A stretch of 64,000 nucleotides of DNA, taken from positions 1-64,000 of the IMG/VR virus record IMGVR_UViG_2639762779_000001; one strand, written 5' to 3'. Within the stretch, counting starts at the first letter, position 1; each line of letters opens with the position of its first letter. This DNA comes from a virus (Duplodnaviria > Caudoviricetes). Below are positions 18,864 to 28,880 of this stretch, in pieces. The notes under the pieces were generated by a model. That model was not told the DNA's origin. It did no database searches and saw only the letters and a list, made by a program, of their open reading frames with translations. The position numbers and the translations under genes are program-made.

Positions 18864-21800
18864 GCACGACGACAGCCATTCCGAAACCAAGCATGCCGGT
18901 GCGTGTGGCTGCACGGCGCAACATGATCGCCATCGTCGCCATACTGTTGGTGATGATCGTCGCCGTACTGCCGTCGCAGGCTTTCGCGAATGCCTGGACA
19001 GACGGCGGCTCATCAGCCCCGGTATGCGCCACCTCTTCGGGCACGCAGATCGACTACACCACATGCCTGCCCTCGGGACGGTGGGCTAAAAGCGTCGGCA
19101 GCATCACCAGCCGAATCGAACCGTCCGACGGCATCATCGGGTTCATCACGAACGTTCCCGCCCTGATGGGTCACACCACGAGGCAGATGCTGCCGAACAT
19201 GCTCATGCTCGTCACCCAGGTCTGCTGGAGTTCCGCTCTTGCGCTCAGCCAGTTCGCGGCAAGCTTCAGCCCGATGCAGGCCGCCGGAGCCCAGATAGAC
19301 CATGCCGCGGCCCAGCTGATCAACGACACCATGGATGGGGCGATACCGGCGGCCATCATGGTCGTCGCGATAGTCGCATGGCTTCTCGCCGCCGGCTTCG
19401 AGGTGGGGTCAACCAAGGAGGCCAGCAAACGACTGCTCGCTTCCGTGCTCTGTCTGGCGGCCCTCATCACCATGGGTGCGGGAGCGTCGAAAACGGCGGA
19501 GAACGCCACAACACCCGCGACCGGCAGCCCATGGTGGGTGGTGAACACGATCAACGGCGCCGTCAACAAGCTCACCGTCGGATTGAACCTCGACGGGTTG
19601 AACGATGGCGATTCGAACATGATGGCATACAACAACACGGCCACCGGCCAGGCCGCGAACTGTCAGGACTACCTGTATGCCATGCACAAACAGTATGATG
19701 AGGCGACCTCCAGCAGGGCGGAGGAAACGTCGGCGGTCACGAAAGCGGTCAACCGTCTTTGGGAGGAAACCGCACTCCGTTCATGGGTGACCATGCAATG
19801 GGGCAACCCGGCGCAAAGCGGAACCACTCCGGCCGGTGTCGCGAAGAACGCTCAACAGGCCTACTGCCACGTGATGGACATGTCCACCAACACCGATCCG
19901 GCCGTGCAACAGCAGCTGACCAACGCGGCTACCGGCTTGCATATCAGTTCGGATACCGCCAGATGGCTGTTCAGCGACCAGGGTTGGATCGACCCGCAAT
20001 CCAGTTACGTGAACACCGATGAGAAAACACAGAACGACAGGGACAAGTATGTGCGCCTGACCCGTGCGGGAGTGTTCTGGGAAACCTGCACCACCCAAAA
20101 CGGGAGAGTGGCAACACGTGACGGCTGGACTGAAATCATCAAGAACATGGGTGATGACGGTACCGGAAAAATCAAGAACGGTTCGACCACCGTCCGCGTA
20201 GGCAAAGACGATATAGGCGATGTCGCCAACGATAATTTCTACGTGGCCGGCGCATCCGGTAGCCACGGTGACGACCCGAAAGAAAACGTGTTGAACCTCT
20301 GCCGAGTGGCATTCGGCACCGGAACCGCGAAAAACGGGTTCAAAGCCTTCAACCACGGCAGCGAAAACGATTGGCGTAACGGGGACAGTGTCGCGAACAC
20401 GAACATCGCCGACGCGGCGAACCTTGGATGGCGTTTCGACATTCCGAACCTTGGCGCCTCCTGGAATGAGGCGAATGTTTCGGGAGCCCAAAACCCGGAG
20501 ACCTTGGCAGGCTCCGCGAAAGTAACACTCGACTACCTGTACGGCAACGCCGACCCCGACCTATTGGGTGCGTTCGGCTCGGTGGTCGGAGGCCTCTGCA
20601 ACATGGTCGTATGGGGATTGTTTAGCCTCATACTGATTCTCACCAAACTGACACTCGTCATGATGGGCTTGTTCCTCATCGTCGCGTTCCTCGTCCGCGC
20701 GTTCCCGATAGGGGAGAAGCCGAAGAGCGTGCTGAAGAACTGGGTCAAATACACGTGCAACCTGAGCATGACCGGCGTCCTATATTCGGCAATGGGAACG
20801 ATAGCCACGTTCATCTGCTCGCTGACGCTGCGATTCTGCAGTGGACTCAGCAGCAGTTTCGTCTACAGTGCGATCAACGGAATCGGCCCGGTGCTCGCAC
20901 TGCTTGTCATTGCCATGTTCTTCTCACAGGTGCTGAAGATCAGCAACCCGTTCAGCATCAAGGCGATGATGGGCATCGCAGCCGGTGGCCTCATATCGGA
21001 AGGCATCCTGACCGGATTCCGCCAGACCGGCGGCCTGCGCAACACGCTCGCCATGGGACGATTCCCGAACGGACGCGGACGCCACGGCTCTCCGATGTCC
21101 AGTCGCAACGCCGGAGGCCACTCCGGTTCATATGGTCCGACCGAAGGCGAAACCAAGCTGGACTCCATGACCCAATCGGAACGCAAGGAACTGGATCTCG
21201 ATAATGGCGGAGAGAACCTGTACGGCCGTAGTGTCAAGGACTTCGACGCGATCCACCAGCGCGGGGAAGGCTCATTGAGTGACAAGTTGGGTCGTATGGG
21301 TGAGAACACAGTAAGAGGCTCACTCGCCGGCACCACCGCACGATTCGGCAACAGAGTGGACAACGCTCACGCCTTCCTCAACGGCGGACTTACCCACGAG
21401 GAACGGTTGAACAAGTATATGCAAAGCCATCCGGGCATGGACTTGACCGAAGCGGAACGACATGTGAGCCGTCGTGATCTCCTCTCCGGTGCGGGACATG
21501 CGCTCGGAGCCGGAGCCATGCTCGCCGGAGCCGGAGCCAGAGCCGCTGTCGGAGCGCTACGTTCACGCCCGTTGCGCGACGTTGCAAAACGTACCGCTAA
21601 AGTCGCGGCAACCGGTTTGGTCGCCGCCGCGGCATGGGCTAACCCCATCACGGCGCCTGCGGCTCTCGCGTTGGGTGCGAAGCTTGCAACAGACCGTGAC
21701 GCTTTGCATGGGGCTGCCCTTGGTCTTGGACTGGCCGGACGTGGTTTGAAGACGGCGACCCATACGGTGTCCGATTTCGCTTTTGAAAAGCTGGATGATG

Positions 21801-22609
21801 CCTCTCACATGGTGGGGGACTCCCACGAACAGATGGAATACCGTAACCGGTTCGCCCAGCAAGGCGGAACCGAATACGAATGGGTTCCCGCCGACACCAC
21901 TCCGATACCGAACGCTGATGGCAACAATTTGCCGAATACCCGGAAAATGCCTCCCGTCAACGTGGAACCTGAGTTCACGCTGCCGGATAACGCATTCGTG
22001 CTCAACCAGGACAATCCGTTCAACATGCAGCAGACCCTTGATGAGATGCACGACGAAGACGGAAACCTCACGCCGGAAGGACAAAAAGCGTATGCCATCA
22101 CCGAATATGGGATGCTGAACGCCTACAAGAACCAGGAGCACATGACCCAGGAGGAAGCCGAAGCCGCATTGGAAGGCGACCGGATCACCGGCAAGGTCAG
22201 CGAGGGAGCGGCGCACTATTATATCGACAACATAAAACCAAAACTTCCTAACCAACAGCAGACACCAGTGGCAGCCAAGCCTCAAACGCCGACTGCTCAA
22301 CCGTTCAATGCAAGTCAGCCGGAAACGACAGCCAACCAGCCTCATCGTTACACGCAAAAGGAGTTGGATGCCATGAGTCCGGAAGAACGTCATGTCCTCT
22401 CGCAGTCGGCTACCCGGAATCGTGAACAGTATTACGGCAACATGGCGGCTGGCGCAGGTGAGGCGGCTCGAGCACAGGGCCAGCAGCAGGCCTACCAGAC
22501 GCTTGGCACTACGGAAAGAGAAGCAGCTGCGTTAAAGGCGCTGAATGATGCAGCTAGTGGACAGAAGCCAGGGGGGCAGACGCATCCGAACGGACAGGGG
22601 AGCAACTGA
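18860..22609 (+). CDS. large polytopic membrane protein (VirB6/TcpH-like)
   Basis: GTGA-coupled start; multiple TM clusters, large extracytoplasmic loop, long Gly/Ala-rich cytoplasmic tail. Confidence 0.75.
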   Translation: MSTTTAIPKPSMPVRVAARRNMIAIVAILLVMIVAVLPSQAFANAWTDGGSSAPVCATSSGTQIDYTTCLPSGRWAKSVGSITSRIEPSDGIIGFITNVPALMGHTTRQMLPNMLMLVTQVCWSSALALSQFAASFSPMQAAGAQIDHAAAQLINDTMDGAIPAAIMVVAIVAWLLAAGFEVGSTKEASKRLLASVLCLAALITMGAGASKTAENATTPATGSPWWVVNTINGAVNKLTVGLNLDGLNDGDSNMMAYNNTATGQAANCQDYLYAMHKQYDEATSSRAEETSAVTKAVNRLWEETALRSWVTMQWGNPAQSGTTPAGVAKNAQQAYCHVMDMSTNTDPAVQQQLTNAATGLHISSDTARWLFSDQGWIDPQSSYVNTDEKTQNDRDKYVRLTRAGVFWETCTTQNGRVATRDGWTEIIKNMGDDGTGKIKNGSTTVRVGKDDIGDVANDNFYVAGASGSHGDDPKENVLNLCRVAFGTGTAKNGFKAFNHGSENDWRNGDSVANTNIADAANLGWRFDIPNLGASWNEANVSGAQNPETLAGSAKVTLDYLYGNADPDLLGAFGSVVGGLCNMVVWGLFSLILILTKLTLVMMGLFLIVAFLVRAFPIGEKPKSVLKNWVKYTCNLSMTGVLYSAMGTIATFICSLTLRFCSGLSSSFVYSAINGIGPVLALLVIAMFFSQVLKISNPFSIKAMMGIAAGGLISEGILTGFRQTGGLRNTLAMGRFPNGRGRHGSPMSSRNAGGHSGSYGPTEGETKLDSMTQSERKELDLDNGGENLYGRSVKDFDAIHQRGEGSLSDKLGRMGENTVRGSLAGTTARFGNRVDNAHAFLNGGLTHEERLNKYMQSHPGMDLTEAERHVSRRDLLSGAGHALGAGAMLAGAGARAAVGALRSRPLRDVAKRTAKVAATGLVAAAAWANPITAPAALALGAKLATDRDALHGAALGLGLAGRGLKTATHTVSDFAFEKLDDASHMVGDSHEQMEYRNRFAQQGGTEYEWVPADTTPIPNADGNNLPNTRKMPPVNVEPEFTLPDNAFVLNQDNPFNMQQTLDEMHDEDGNLTPEGQKAYAITEYGMLNAYKNQEHMTQEEAEAALEGDRITGKVSEGAAHYYIDNIKPKLPNQQQTPVAAKPQTPTAQPFNASQPETTANQPHRYTQKELDAMSPEERHVLSQSATRNREQYYGNMAAGAGEAARAQGQQQAYQTLGTTEREAAALKALNDAASGQKPGGQTHPNGQGSN

Positions 22610-22893
22610 TGGAATCAGGTGCGGATTGGATTCCGTCTCAGGCGGAATGGGAGGCCATCGGTTCCGCCATGACGGAGTATCCGGATTTGTTCGACGAACT
22701 CGGTTTCGATATGCGAGGGATTCCAGACGCCGACCCGCAGATGGTTTCCCAGGAAATCCAGTCGATGTCCGTCTACGATCCCGCGGCATACCGGGTACTG
22801 CAGCAGGCGGCCGAAATCAACGGAGGAAGCCTTGACCCGCAAACCTGGGCCGACACCTTGGATCAGATAGCCGACGAACAAGCCAAGAAGTAG
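22609..22893 (+). CDS. small acidic hypothetical protein
   Basis: TGATG coupling. Confidence 0.7.
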   Translation: MESGADWIPSQAEWEAIGSAMTEYPDLFDELGFDMRGIPDADPQMVSQEIQSMSVYDPAAYRVLQQAAEINGGSLDPQTWADTLDQIADEQAKK

Positions 22894-22906
22894 AAGGAGA
22901 ACAGCA

Positions 22907-23251
22907 ATGAGCGCCGACACCGCAGCCCAGACCGCAGGACAGGGAGCCTCCGACTTCCTGACGGTTCTGTTCGCCTGGATTTTCACGCCGGTCGGAGCGA
23001 TACTCACCCTGTTGCTGATCTGCATCGGGGGAGTGAGCGTCGCCATGCGGATCATGGGTCGTGCCGTGCGCGGTCTCACCATTGCGGCTACCATCTGCGC
23101 GGTTTTGTTTTTCATATGGATCATCAGCGGCGTATTGGAGGCCATGGGCATTCCCGTGAGGGAGTGGATGCAGAGCATCGCCGCACAATTGCCGGAGATC
23201 GGTTCTTGGTTCAAGGCGTTTATGGAGCGGCTGTTGTTCACAGCATCCTAG
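22907..23251 (+). CDS. small membrane protein
   Basis: AAGGAG RBS; two TM helices. Confidence 0.75.
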   Translation: MSADTAAQTAGQGASDFLTVLFAWIFTPVGAILTLLLICIGGVSVAMRIMGRAVRGLTIAATICAVLFFIWIISGVLEAMGIPVREWMQSIAAQLPEIGSWFKAFMERLLFTAS

Positions 23252-23426
23252 GATTTTTCTGCGAACGGTCGTTTGTTCTCAGCCGCATGTTTTCTCATTT
23301 AGTTGCTTCTGTGAATTCACACGTGTCTGCACCCTCACCCAAACAACTAGCTGATACACTGAATGCAGTCACATATCGTGGCGGGGACCTGATACCTCCC
23401 CAACCACGAAACAAAGAGGAGAACAC

Positions 23427-24080
23427 ATGCCGCAGAACACGATTCTCGTGGCGGTCGCATGCATCAAAGGCGGCGTCGGGAAAACCACGACCGCCATGTC
23501 CATCGCCGCATGCCTGGCCCGCCGAGGAGAGAAAGTAACCGTACTCGATGCGGACAACACCGGGGGAGCGACGCTCTGGGAAGAATACGTGCATGAGGAA
23601 GACGATCGCCGCCGAGTGGAAGACGAAGCCAACGGCGTAGCGCACAAGCCGTACAAGCTCAACTTCGACGTGGTGCAAACCAACGAAGCAGTTCTCGCAC
23701 GCCCCGACCGTATTCGCGAACGCTACCAAGGGTGGGTCATCATCGACACCCCGCCATCCGATGCGGGAACCGTGCAGACCGCATTGCAGTCAGCCGACGT
23801 GAGCATCATCCCATGCACCCCGTCAGTCAGCGATCTGAGCCATGCGGGCAAAACATACGCCGCCGCACGCAACGGCATCGTTCTCGTCACCATGGTCAAA
23901 TCCAACACAAAGCTTTACAGGGCCGCCATCCAACAATTGGACGACCTGCATATCACCCGGTTCGAAAACGTCATCTACCAGCGGGAAGCCATCAAAAGCC
24001 TGTACGGGACGAACCAGTTCAAAACTGATTACGTTGATGTCACACAGGAACTCATCGAATACCTAGGCCAGATCAACTAA
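23427..24080 (+). CDS. parA: plasmid partition ATPase (type Ib)
   Basis: KGGVGKTT, VLDAD, IIDTPP, IIPCTPS motifs. Confidence 0.92.
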   Translation: MPQNTILVAVACIKGGVGKTTTAMSIAACLARRGEKVTVLDADNTGGATLWEEYVHEEDDRRRVEDEANGVAHKPYKLNFDVVQTNEAVLARPDRIRERYQGWVIIDTPPSDAGTVQTALQSADVSIIPCTPSVSDLSHAGKTYAAARNGIVLVTMVKSNTKLYRAAIQQLDDLHITRFENVIYQREAIKSLYGTNQFKTDYVDVTQELIEYLGQIN

Positions 24081-24097
24081 GGAAAGCAGGCAGCAAA

Positions 24098-24454
24098 ATG
24101 GTAAAGAACGTCGTGAACAACGCATTCGGTCACGGATTGAATGACACAAGGGACATGGGGACGAAACGGCCCCTGCTTTCCGAGGAGACGGAGCCGGTCC
24201 GCACGGAACCCGAAACCCCCGCGCAAGGTTCGGGGAAACACGTGTACAGGAACGAAATCATGTTCGCGAAACGTTTCGGCAGCGCACTGACCGAAGACAA
24301 CTACAAGGCGTTGAAACTCTTCGGCTTCAACGAGGAGTATTCGATACGCGCGATGCTGAACGCCGCAGTGGAACAATGCTTCGTGCGCGGCGAGATCGAC
24401 CGTGACCTGTTGGACAAGTATCGGGAATGGGATAAGAACTACACGTTCCGCTGA
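24098..24454 (+). CDS. ParA partner / centromere-binding protein (ParG-like)
   Basis: Immediately downstream of parA; unstructured N-terminus and RHH-like C-terminus. Confidence 0.6.
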   Translation: MVKNVVNNAFGHGLNDTRDMGTKRPLLSEETEPVRTEPETPAQGSGKHVYRNEIMFAKRFGSALTEDNYKALKLFGFNEEYSIRAMLNAAVEQCFVRGEIDRDLLDKYREWDKNYTFR

Positions 24455-24546
24455 AACGGAAGCTCCGACGAATTCCGGGCCTCGAGAAACAGGAAACCTA
24501 TTAATCTGGAAGTATTCAAATACTTTCGGATTAATTAGGAGGACGC

Positions 24547-25746
24547 GTGGCCCGCAAACATGCAGTCGCGGAATCGCCGATGGACATCGACGAAGACCAG
24601 CGCAAGCACCAGGTCGAATTCGATGCCATGAAACAGGCCGCGAAAAACACCCGATGGTGGAAAGTGCTCATCACCGTTTTTCTTCTGGCCGGAATCATCG
24701 CCCCGATCATCAGCGTGCGCGCCATCAGCACACTGCAATCCATGGGCGATACCCTAAGCGCCAAATACAAGGAAATCAGCGGAGATAAGCCCGGCAAACA
24801 GGCGGCATTGACGGCCGTCAACAAATGGTTGGACGGGAATAAGGGCCCGTTCCGTGACGGCACATCCAATCTCATCTGGGATACGGCGGAAAAGGTCGGT
24901 TCCAGCGATGCGGATACCGGCAACGGCAAGGAGCACACCGACTATTGGGCGCACCAGTTCAGTTTCACGAACCTTGCGGACGGTTCCACCCGCGACGTGA
25001 CCCAACTGGTGTCGTTGAAGAACGGGGTGGCCACCGCGATGGGTTCGCCAACCGTATTGCCGATGAAAGCGATAGGTTCCGGCAACTCCCAGTCATACAA
25101 TCCGAGCGGGTATTCCCGAGTGGATCAGGCCGCCAGCTTCCAGAACGTGGTCAACGCCTGGGCCAAAGCCTATACAGGCAAGGACGCGAACGCTTTCACC
25201 GTGCTCGTGGGCGACCCGAACAGCGAACACGTGTATCAGCCCGCTTCAATCGGCGCGTTCAAAAGCGCCGCCGTCAACTGGCTCGTGGAATGCGACAAGA
25301 ACGGCAAACCGATCGACAAGGACAAGTCGAGCGACACCCCGGAATACGGTGCGGCTTCCATTTCCATCACGTTCGAGCCTTATGCGAAAACGCAGGACGT
25401 GTCCGACAACGGCAGTGAAGCCCAAACCAACGATGGGTCTTCCTCTTCCATGAACATCACCGTCCTGGTCAAGAATCCGATGGCCGGCAGCGCGAAAATC
25501 ATCGACTGGGGTGCCGATGGCTCCATTCAGACCCTTTCACCGTTTGCGAACGCCTTGGATAAGAGTTCTGTGACCACAAGCACCGGTGATGAGGAGGACA
25601 GTGCCAGCAGTGCGGACAGCCAATCATCAGCCGGTTCCGATAATGGTTCGAATACCACGGATACAGCCAATGGTGCCGATTCATCCGGTGCGGACGCTTC
25701 CGCCACGGACGGCTCCTCATCCGATTCGTCCACACCAAGCAATTAA
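24547..25746 (+). CDS. bitopic conjugation protein (VirB8/TcpC-like)
   Basis: Single TM near the N-terminus, two-domain ectodomain, Ser/Asp-rich tail. Confidence 0.65.
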   Translation: MARKHAVAESPMDIDEDQRKHQVEFDAMKQAAKNTRWWKVLITVFLLAGIIAPIISVRAISTLQSMGDTLSAKYKEISGDKPGKQAALTAVNKWLDGNKGPFRDGTSNLIWDTAEKVGSSDADTGNGKEHTDYWAHQFSFTNLADGSTRDVTQLVSLKNGVATAMGSPTVLPMKAIGSGNSQSYNPSGYSRVDQAASFQNVVNAWAKAYTGKDANAFTVLVGDPNSEHVYQPASIGAFKSAAVNWLVECDKNGKPIDKDKSSDTPEYGAASISITFEPYAKTQDVSDNGSEAQTNDGSSSSMNITVLVKNPMAGSAKIIDWGADGSIQTLSPFANALDKSSVTTSTGDEEDSASSADSQSSAGSDNGSNTTDTANGADSSGADASATDGSSSDSSTPSN

Positions 25747-25812
25747 AGGAAATCTACCTATCTGCGAGAGAGTGCTCCACCCTTTAGGTTGGTGGTGAAT
25801 CGCGCTTGGTTT

Positions 25813-26229
25813 TTAGTTGGGGCGTCGTTGGTTTTGCACGTATCGTTTGATGGTTTCGAGGTTGGCTCCGCCTGTGGTTCCGCAATAGTAGGAACGGCTC
25901 CAGAGATGGCCTCCCCATAGGTAGTGTTTGAGGTGTTGCCCGTGGTCTCTCATGAGGATGCGGCTGGATACGCCTTTGAGGCTGTTGACCAGTCTGGTGA
26001 GCTGCACGGTTGCCGGGTATGTGACGAGTAGGTGGACGTGATCCTCTTCGCCGTTGAACTCGTCCAGGGTGCATCCGTAGTCATCGCATACTTTGCGCAT
26101 AACGTTTTCGCAGTCTTCGAGTATGGGTTCGGTGAATGCTCCGCGACGGTATTTCGTGACGAACACCAAATGAGCATGGCAGTCCCAGACTGCATGTCTC
26201 CCTTGCCTTACCGGGTTGTTTTCTTTCAT
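25813..26229 (-). CDS. tnpA: Y1 HUH transposase
   Basis: HLVFVTKYRR, EEDHVHLL (HUH), LWSRSYY, IKRYVQNQ (catalytic Tyr). Confidence 0.97.
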   Translation of the reverse strand: MKENNPVRQGRHAVWDCHAHLVFVTKYRRGAFTEPILEDCENVMRKVCDDYGCTLDEFNGEEDHVHLLVTYPATVQLTRLVNSLKGVSSRILMRDHGQHLKHYLWGGHLWSRSYYCGTTGGANLETIKRYVQNQRRPN

Positions 26230-26273
26230 GACACCAAGTATAATTGATGGTGGTTACAGGAGGTGATTCCCAT

Positions 26274-27518
26274 ATGCCGATCAGCAAACGATCCCTGAAA
26301 GCCCGTAACAAGCGGATCAAGGCTTCACGGAAAACGACGCGCAATCGTCGCAAGACTCAGGTATGCCGCGTGTTCACATGCAAGGTCGACTACGGGAAAC
26401 TCACCGAAAAGCAGAGGAATGCTCTGACCGAGCTGTTCCGTGACGCGAAGCGACTGTACAACGACTGCGTGCTCGCCGACAGCGTGTTCGACTACGCGAT
26501 ACCCAAGAGCGTGACCGTGCGCATGCCCGACGGCAGCTTCGAGAACCGTGACCTCAACCGTATCGGAGCCCAGTCGGCCCAAGGCGTCGTCCAGCAGGCC
26601 AAGGACAACATCCGAGGCCTGAAGGCATTGAAAGAGCATGGGCATAAGGTCGGAGCCTTGAAGCCGGTCAAGCATGTGGACTGCATACCGTTGAAGCAGG
26701 CGGGCCGCACCTACCGGTTGAACGGCAGCTACATCAAGGTCGAGAAGATCCCCGGAATGATGCATCTGACCGGAACCCGCCGATTGGAAAGCTGGGAGGT
26801 CGGTCCGGCAAAACTCCTGCGCAGGGCGACGGGATACTATATCGCGTTCTCCTGCTTCAAAGACAAGGCAGAGTATGAGAAGTCCCGACCCGCGAAACCG
26901 GCTCCCCTCATCCCCATCGGAGGGATCGACGCCGGATTGAAGGCGGACATCACCGAATCGGACGGAACCACGACCATCCGGCACTACCCAGATAGTGCCA
27001 AGGCCCGATACTGGGCCCGACGCATGAGTAAACGAGACAAGGCCGACAAGGGCTGGTGGAAAGCCAACCGGCAATACCGTATGGAAATGGACAGGCTGAA
27101 AGCACGCCGCAAGCATGCCGCCATAGCCGAACGCCAACGCCTTGAAGCCAAGTACGCGACCATCGTCATCCAGGACGAACAATACGCCCAATGGCGCAAA
27201 CGCAAGGGCTGGTTTAAGGCCGGACGGATCCTGCAGGGCGGGATTCTCGGCCGCCTGTACGCCCTGCTCAAACCATTGCCGCAGGTCATCGTATTGGACA
27301 AATGGCAGCCGACCACCGCATGGTGCCGCAACTGCGGAAGACGAACACCAACCCCGTTGAAGAAGCGCACTTACACGTGCGCATACTGCGGAGTCAGGGA
27401 AGACCGAGACCAGCACGCCGCATTGAACATGATCGCATTGAAGGATATGCCCCTCACCCACGAGGAACTGCGTAGGCCGCGGGACATACCAATCGGCCCC
27501 TATGGTCTGACCGCCTGA
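26274..27518 (+). CDS. tnpB: RNA-guided endonuclease TnpB
   Basis: RuvC-I GGIDAG, RuvC-II region IVIQDEQ, Zn ribbon CRNC/CAYC, RuvC-III DRDQHAALN; AGGAGG RBS. Confidence 0.93.
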   Translation: MPISKRSLKARNKRIKASRKTTRNRRKTQVCRVFTCKVDYGKLTEKQRNALTELFRDAKRLYNDCVLADSVFDYAIPKSVTVRMPDGSFENRDLNRIGAQSAQGVVQQAKDNIRGLKALKEHGHKVGALKPVKHVDCIPLKQAGRTYRLNGSYIKVEKIPGMMHLTGTRRLESWEVGPAKLLRRATGYYIAFSCFKDKAEYEKSRPAKPAPLIPIGGIDAGLKADITESDGTTTIRHYPDSAKARYWARRMSKRDKADKGWWKANRQYRMEMDRLKARRKHAAIAERQRLEAKYATIVIQDEQYAQWRKRKGWFKAGRILQGGILGRLYALLKPLPQVIVLDKWQPTTAWCRNCGRRTPTPLKKRTYTCAYCGVREDRDQHAALNMIALKDMPLTHEELRRPRDIPIGPYGLTA

Positions 27519-27734
27519 GTTCGTCCCGCTAACCTCATCGCAAAACCTAACCAAACACACGACCATGCAAGACCATCGCCCGCGTGAACGCGGGTGCGGT
27601 AGAGTCCTCGGACACGGGGAACCAGCCTATGCGTAAGACCAACGGACACCACGGTGCCCAAGGCGGCAGGGCGCAGCCCGCGAAGCCACCACCTTCAGGT
27701 GGTGCGTAGTTCACTAAACTGGAATCGTCCACAT
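27519..27734 (+). ncRNA. predicted omegaRNA (reRNA): scaffold to 27714 plus guide from flanking DNA
   Basis: ~200-nt non-coding structured segment between the tnpB stop and the right-end TCAC; 5' boundary uncertain. Confidence 0.7.
27715..27734 (+). promoter_or_regulatory. GTCCACAT promoter (-10 TAAACT) separated from its upstream region by the IS
   Basis: TAAACT-6 nt-GTCCACAT, same spacing as the other copies. Confidence 0.6.
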
Positions 27735-27754
27735 AGATAAAAAAAGGAGCCATC

Positions 27755-27889
27755 ATGGCGAAAAACGACAAACCAGAACTGCCTCCGTTCGCGGACTTCA
27801 TCAACAGCAACGCGCCACTCATCGGAGCCATCATCGTCATTCTTTTCATAATCGCTGTCGCATGGAGCGCGATCAGCAGCCTCTTCTAA
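27755..27889 (+). CDS. 44-aa single-TM protein (not in ORF track)
   Basis: AAGGAG RBS; MAKNDKPELPPFADFINSNAPLIGAIIVILFIIAVAWSAISSLF. Confidence 0.7.
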   Translation: MAKNDKPELPPFADFINSNAPLIGAIIVILFIIAVAWSAISSLF

Positions 27890-27899
27890 GGAGCGGGCC

Positions 27900-28880
27900 A
27901 TGGCAGGAAGAAGAGGCAAAACCGGAATCACCATCGCCGGAGTGTTCGGCGGCGTGGCGATCATACTCATCACCATCATCGTCATCATCCAGACCGGAGC
28001 ATGGGCGTTGGTGGCACCTCAATTCGGGTTGACTCCCATCACCAGTATCAGCCAACTGCTGCCAGGGGAGGATTCGATGCGGAAGGCGAACATCGGACTC
28101 GGGTTGAAGAAGCCGACTTTCACGACACCGGACAACAGCGGCGGTTCGACCGCGACGCCGGATACTTCGACGGGGGATAGCCTGACCACGAACGGTCTGA
28201 CTCTTCCCGCCGCAGCCTCCAGCCCGTTGAGCATCAGCGACGCGATTACCGCTACGGAACAACTCGAAACAGCAGCCCCTCATCCCAAGGGATACAATCG
28301 CGCCGAAGAGTTCGGTGACTGGCAGAACAGTGACCAACTGTGCGGCTACGGCACCACGCGAGACCTCATCCTCAAACGAGACATGAGCAACGTGGTCATG
28401 AATTCCAATTGCAAGGTCCAATCCGGCACGTTGAACGACCCATACACGGGAACCGTCATCAATTTCCAGAAAAGCGTGGTCAGCAAAGGCAAGACCGTAA
28501 GCGGTGACAGTACCGCCGTGCAGATCGACCACGTGGTCGCGTTGAACGATGCTTGGGCTTCGGGACTATGGAAGACCGACCGGAAGAACGACCGTGTGAA
28601 GTACGCGAACGATCCGGACGTGCTGCTCGCCAGCCAGGGTGATGCGAACAATGCGAAAAGCGAGGGCATCAACCTGTATAACGCCGGTGTGCCGAAGAAA
28701 TCATTGGGACGGTGGACGGCATCGACCCCATCCGTATGGCTGCCGTCGAACACCGGATACCAGTGCGACTACATGGCGAAGCGCGTATACATCAAGCAGA
28801 AGTATCGGCTGTCGATGAGCAGTTGGGAGAAATCGGAGACGTTGGCTTTCCTGCGGCAATGCCAGACATCAGGCCGCTAA
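27900..28880 (+). CDS. membrane-anchored extracellular HNH nuclease (DUF1524 family)
   Basis: N-terminal TM; YNRAEEFG, TRDLILKRD, DPYTG, QIDHVVAL..AW, ANDP, NNAKS motifs. Confidence 0.88.
   Translation: MAGRRGKTGITIAGVFGGVAIILITIIVIIQTGAWALVAPQFGLTPITSISQLLPGEDSMRKANIGLGLKKPTFTTPDNSGGSTATPDTSTGDSLTTNGLTLPAAASSPLSISDAITATEQLETAAPHPKGYNRAEEFGDWQNSDQLCGYGTTRDLILKRDMSNVVMNSNCKVQSGTLNDPYTGTVINFQKSVVSKGKTVSGDSTAVQIDHVVALNDAWASGLWKTDRKNDRVKYANDPDVLLASQGDANNAKSEGINLYNAGVPKKSLGRWTASTPSVWLPSNTGYQCDYMAKRVYIKQKYRLSMSSWEKSETLAFLRQCQTSGR

Larger units (their letters stand above)
25758..27714 (+). mobile_element. IS200/IS605 family element (IS605 group, divergent tnpA/tnpB)
   Basis: Left-end hairpin AGTG-CT-CCACCC-TTTA-GGTTGG (25771-25792); right end GAAG-C-CACCACC-TTCA-GGTGGTG-CGTAGT-TCAC ending at 27714; predicted target motif CTAC at 25754-25757. 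Confidence 0.88.
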
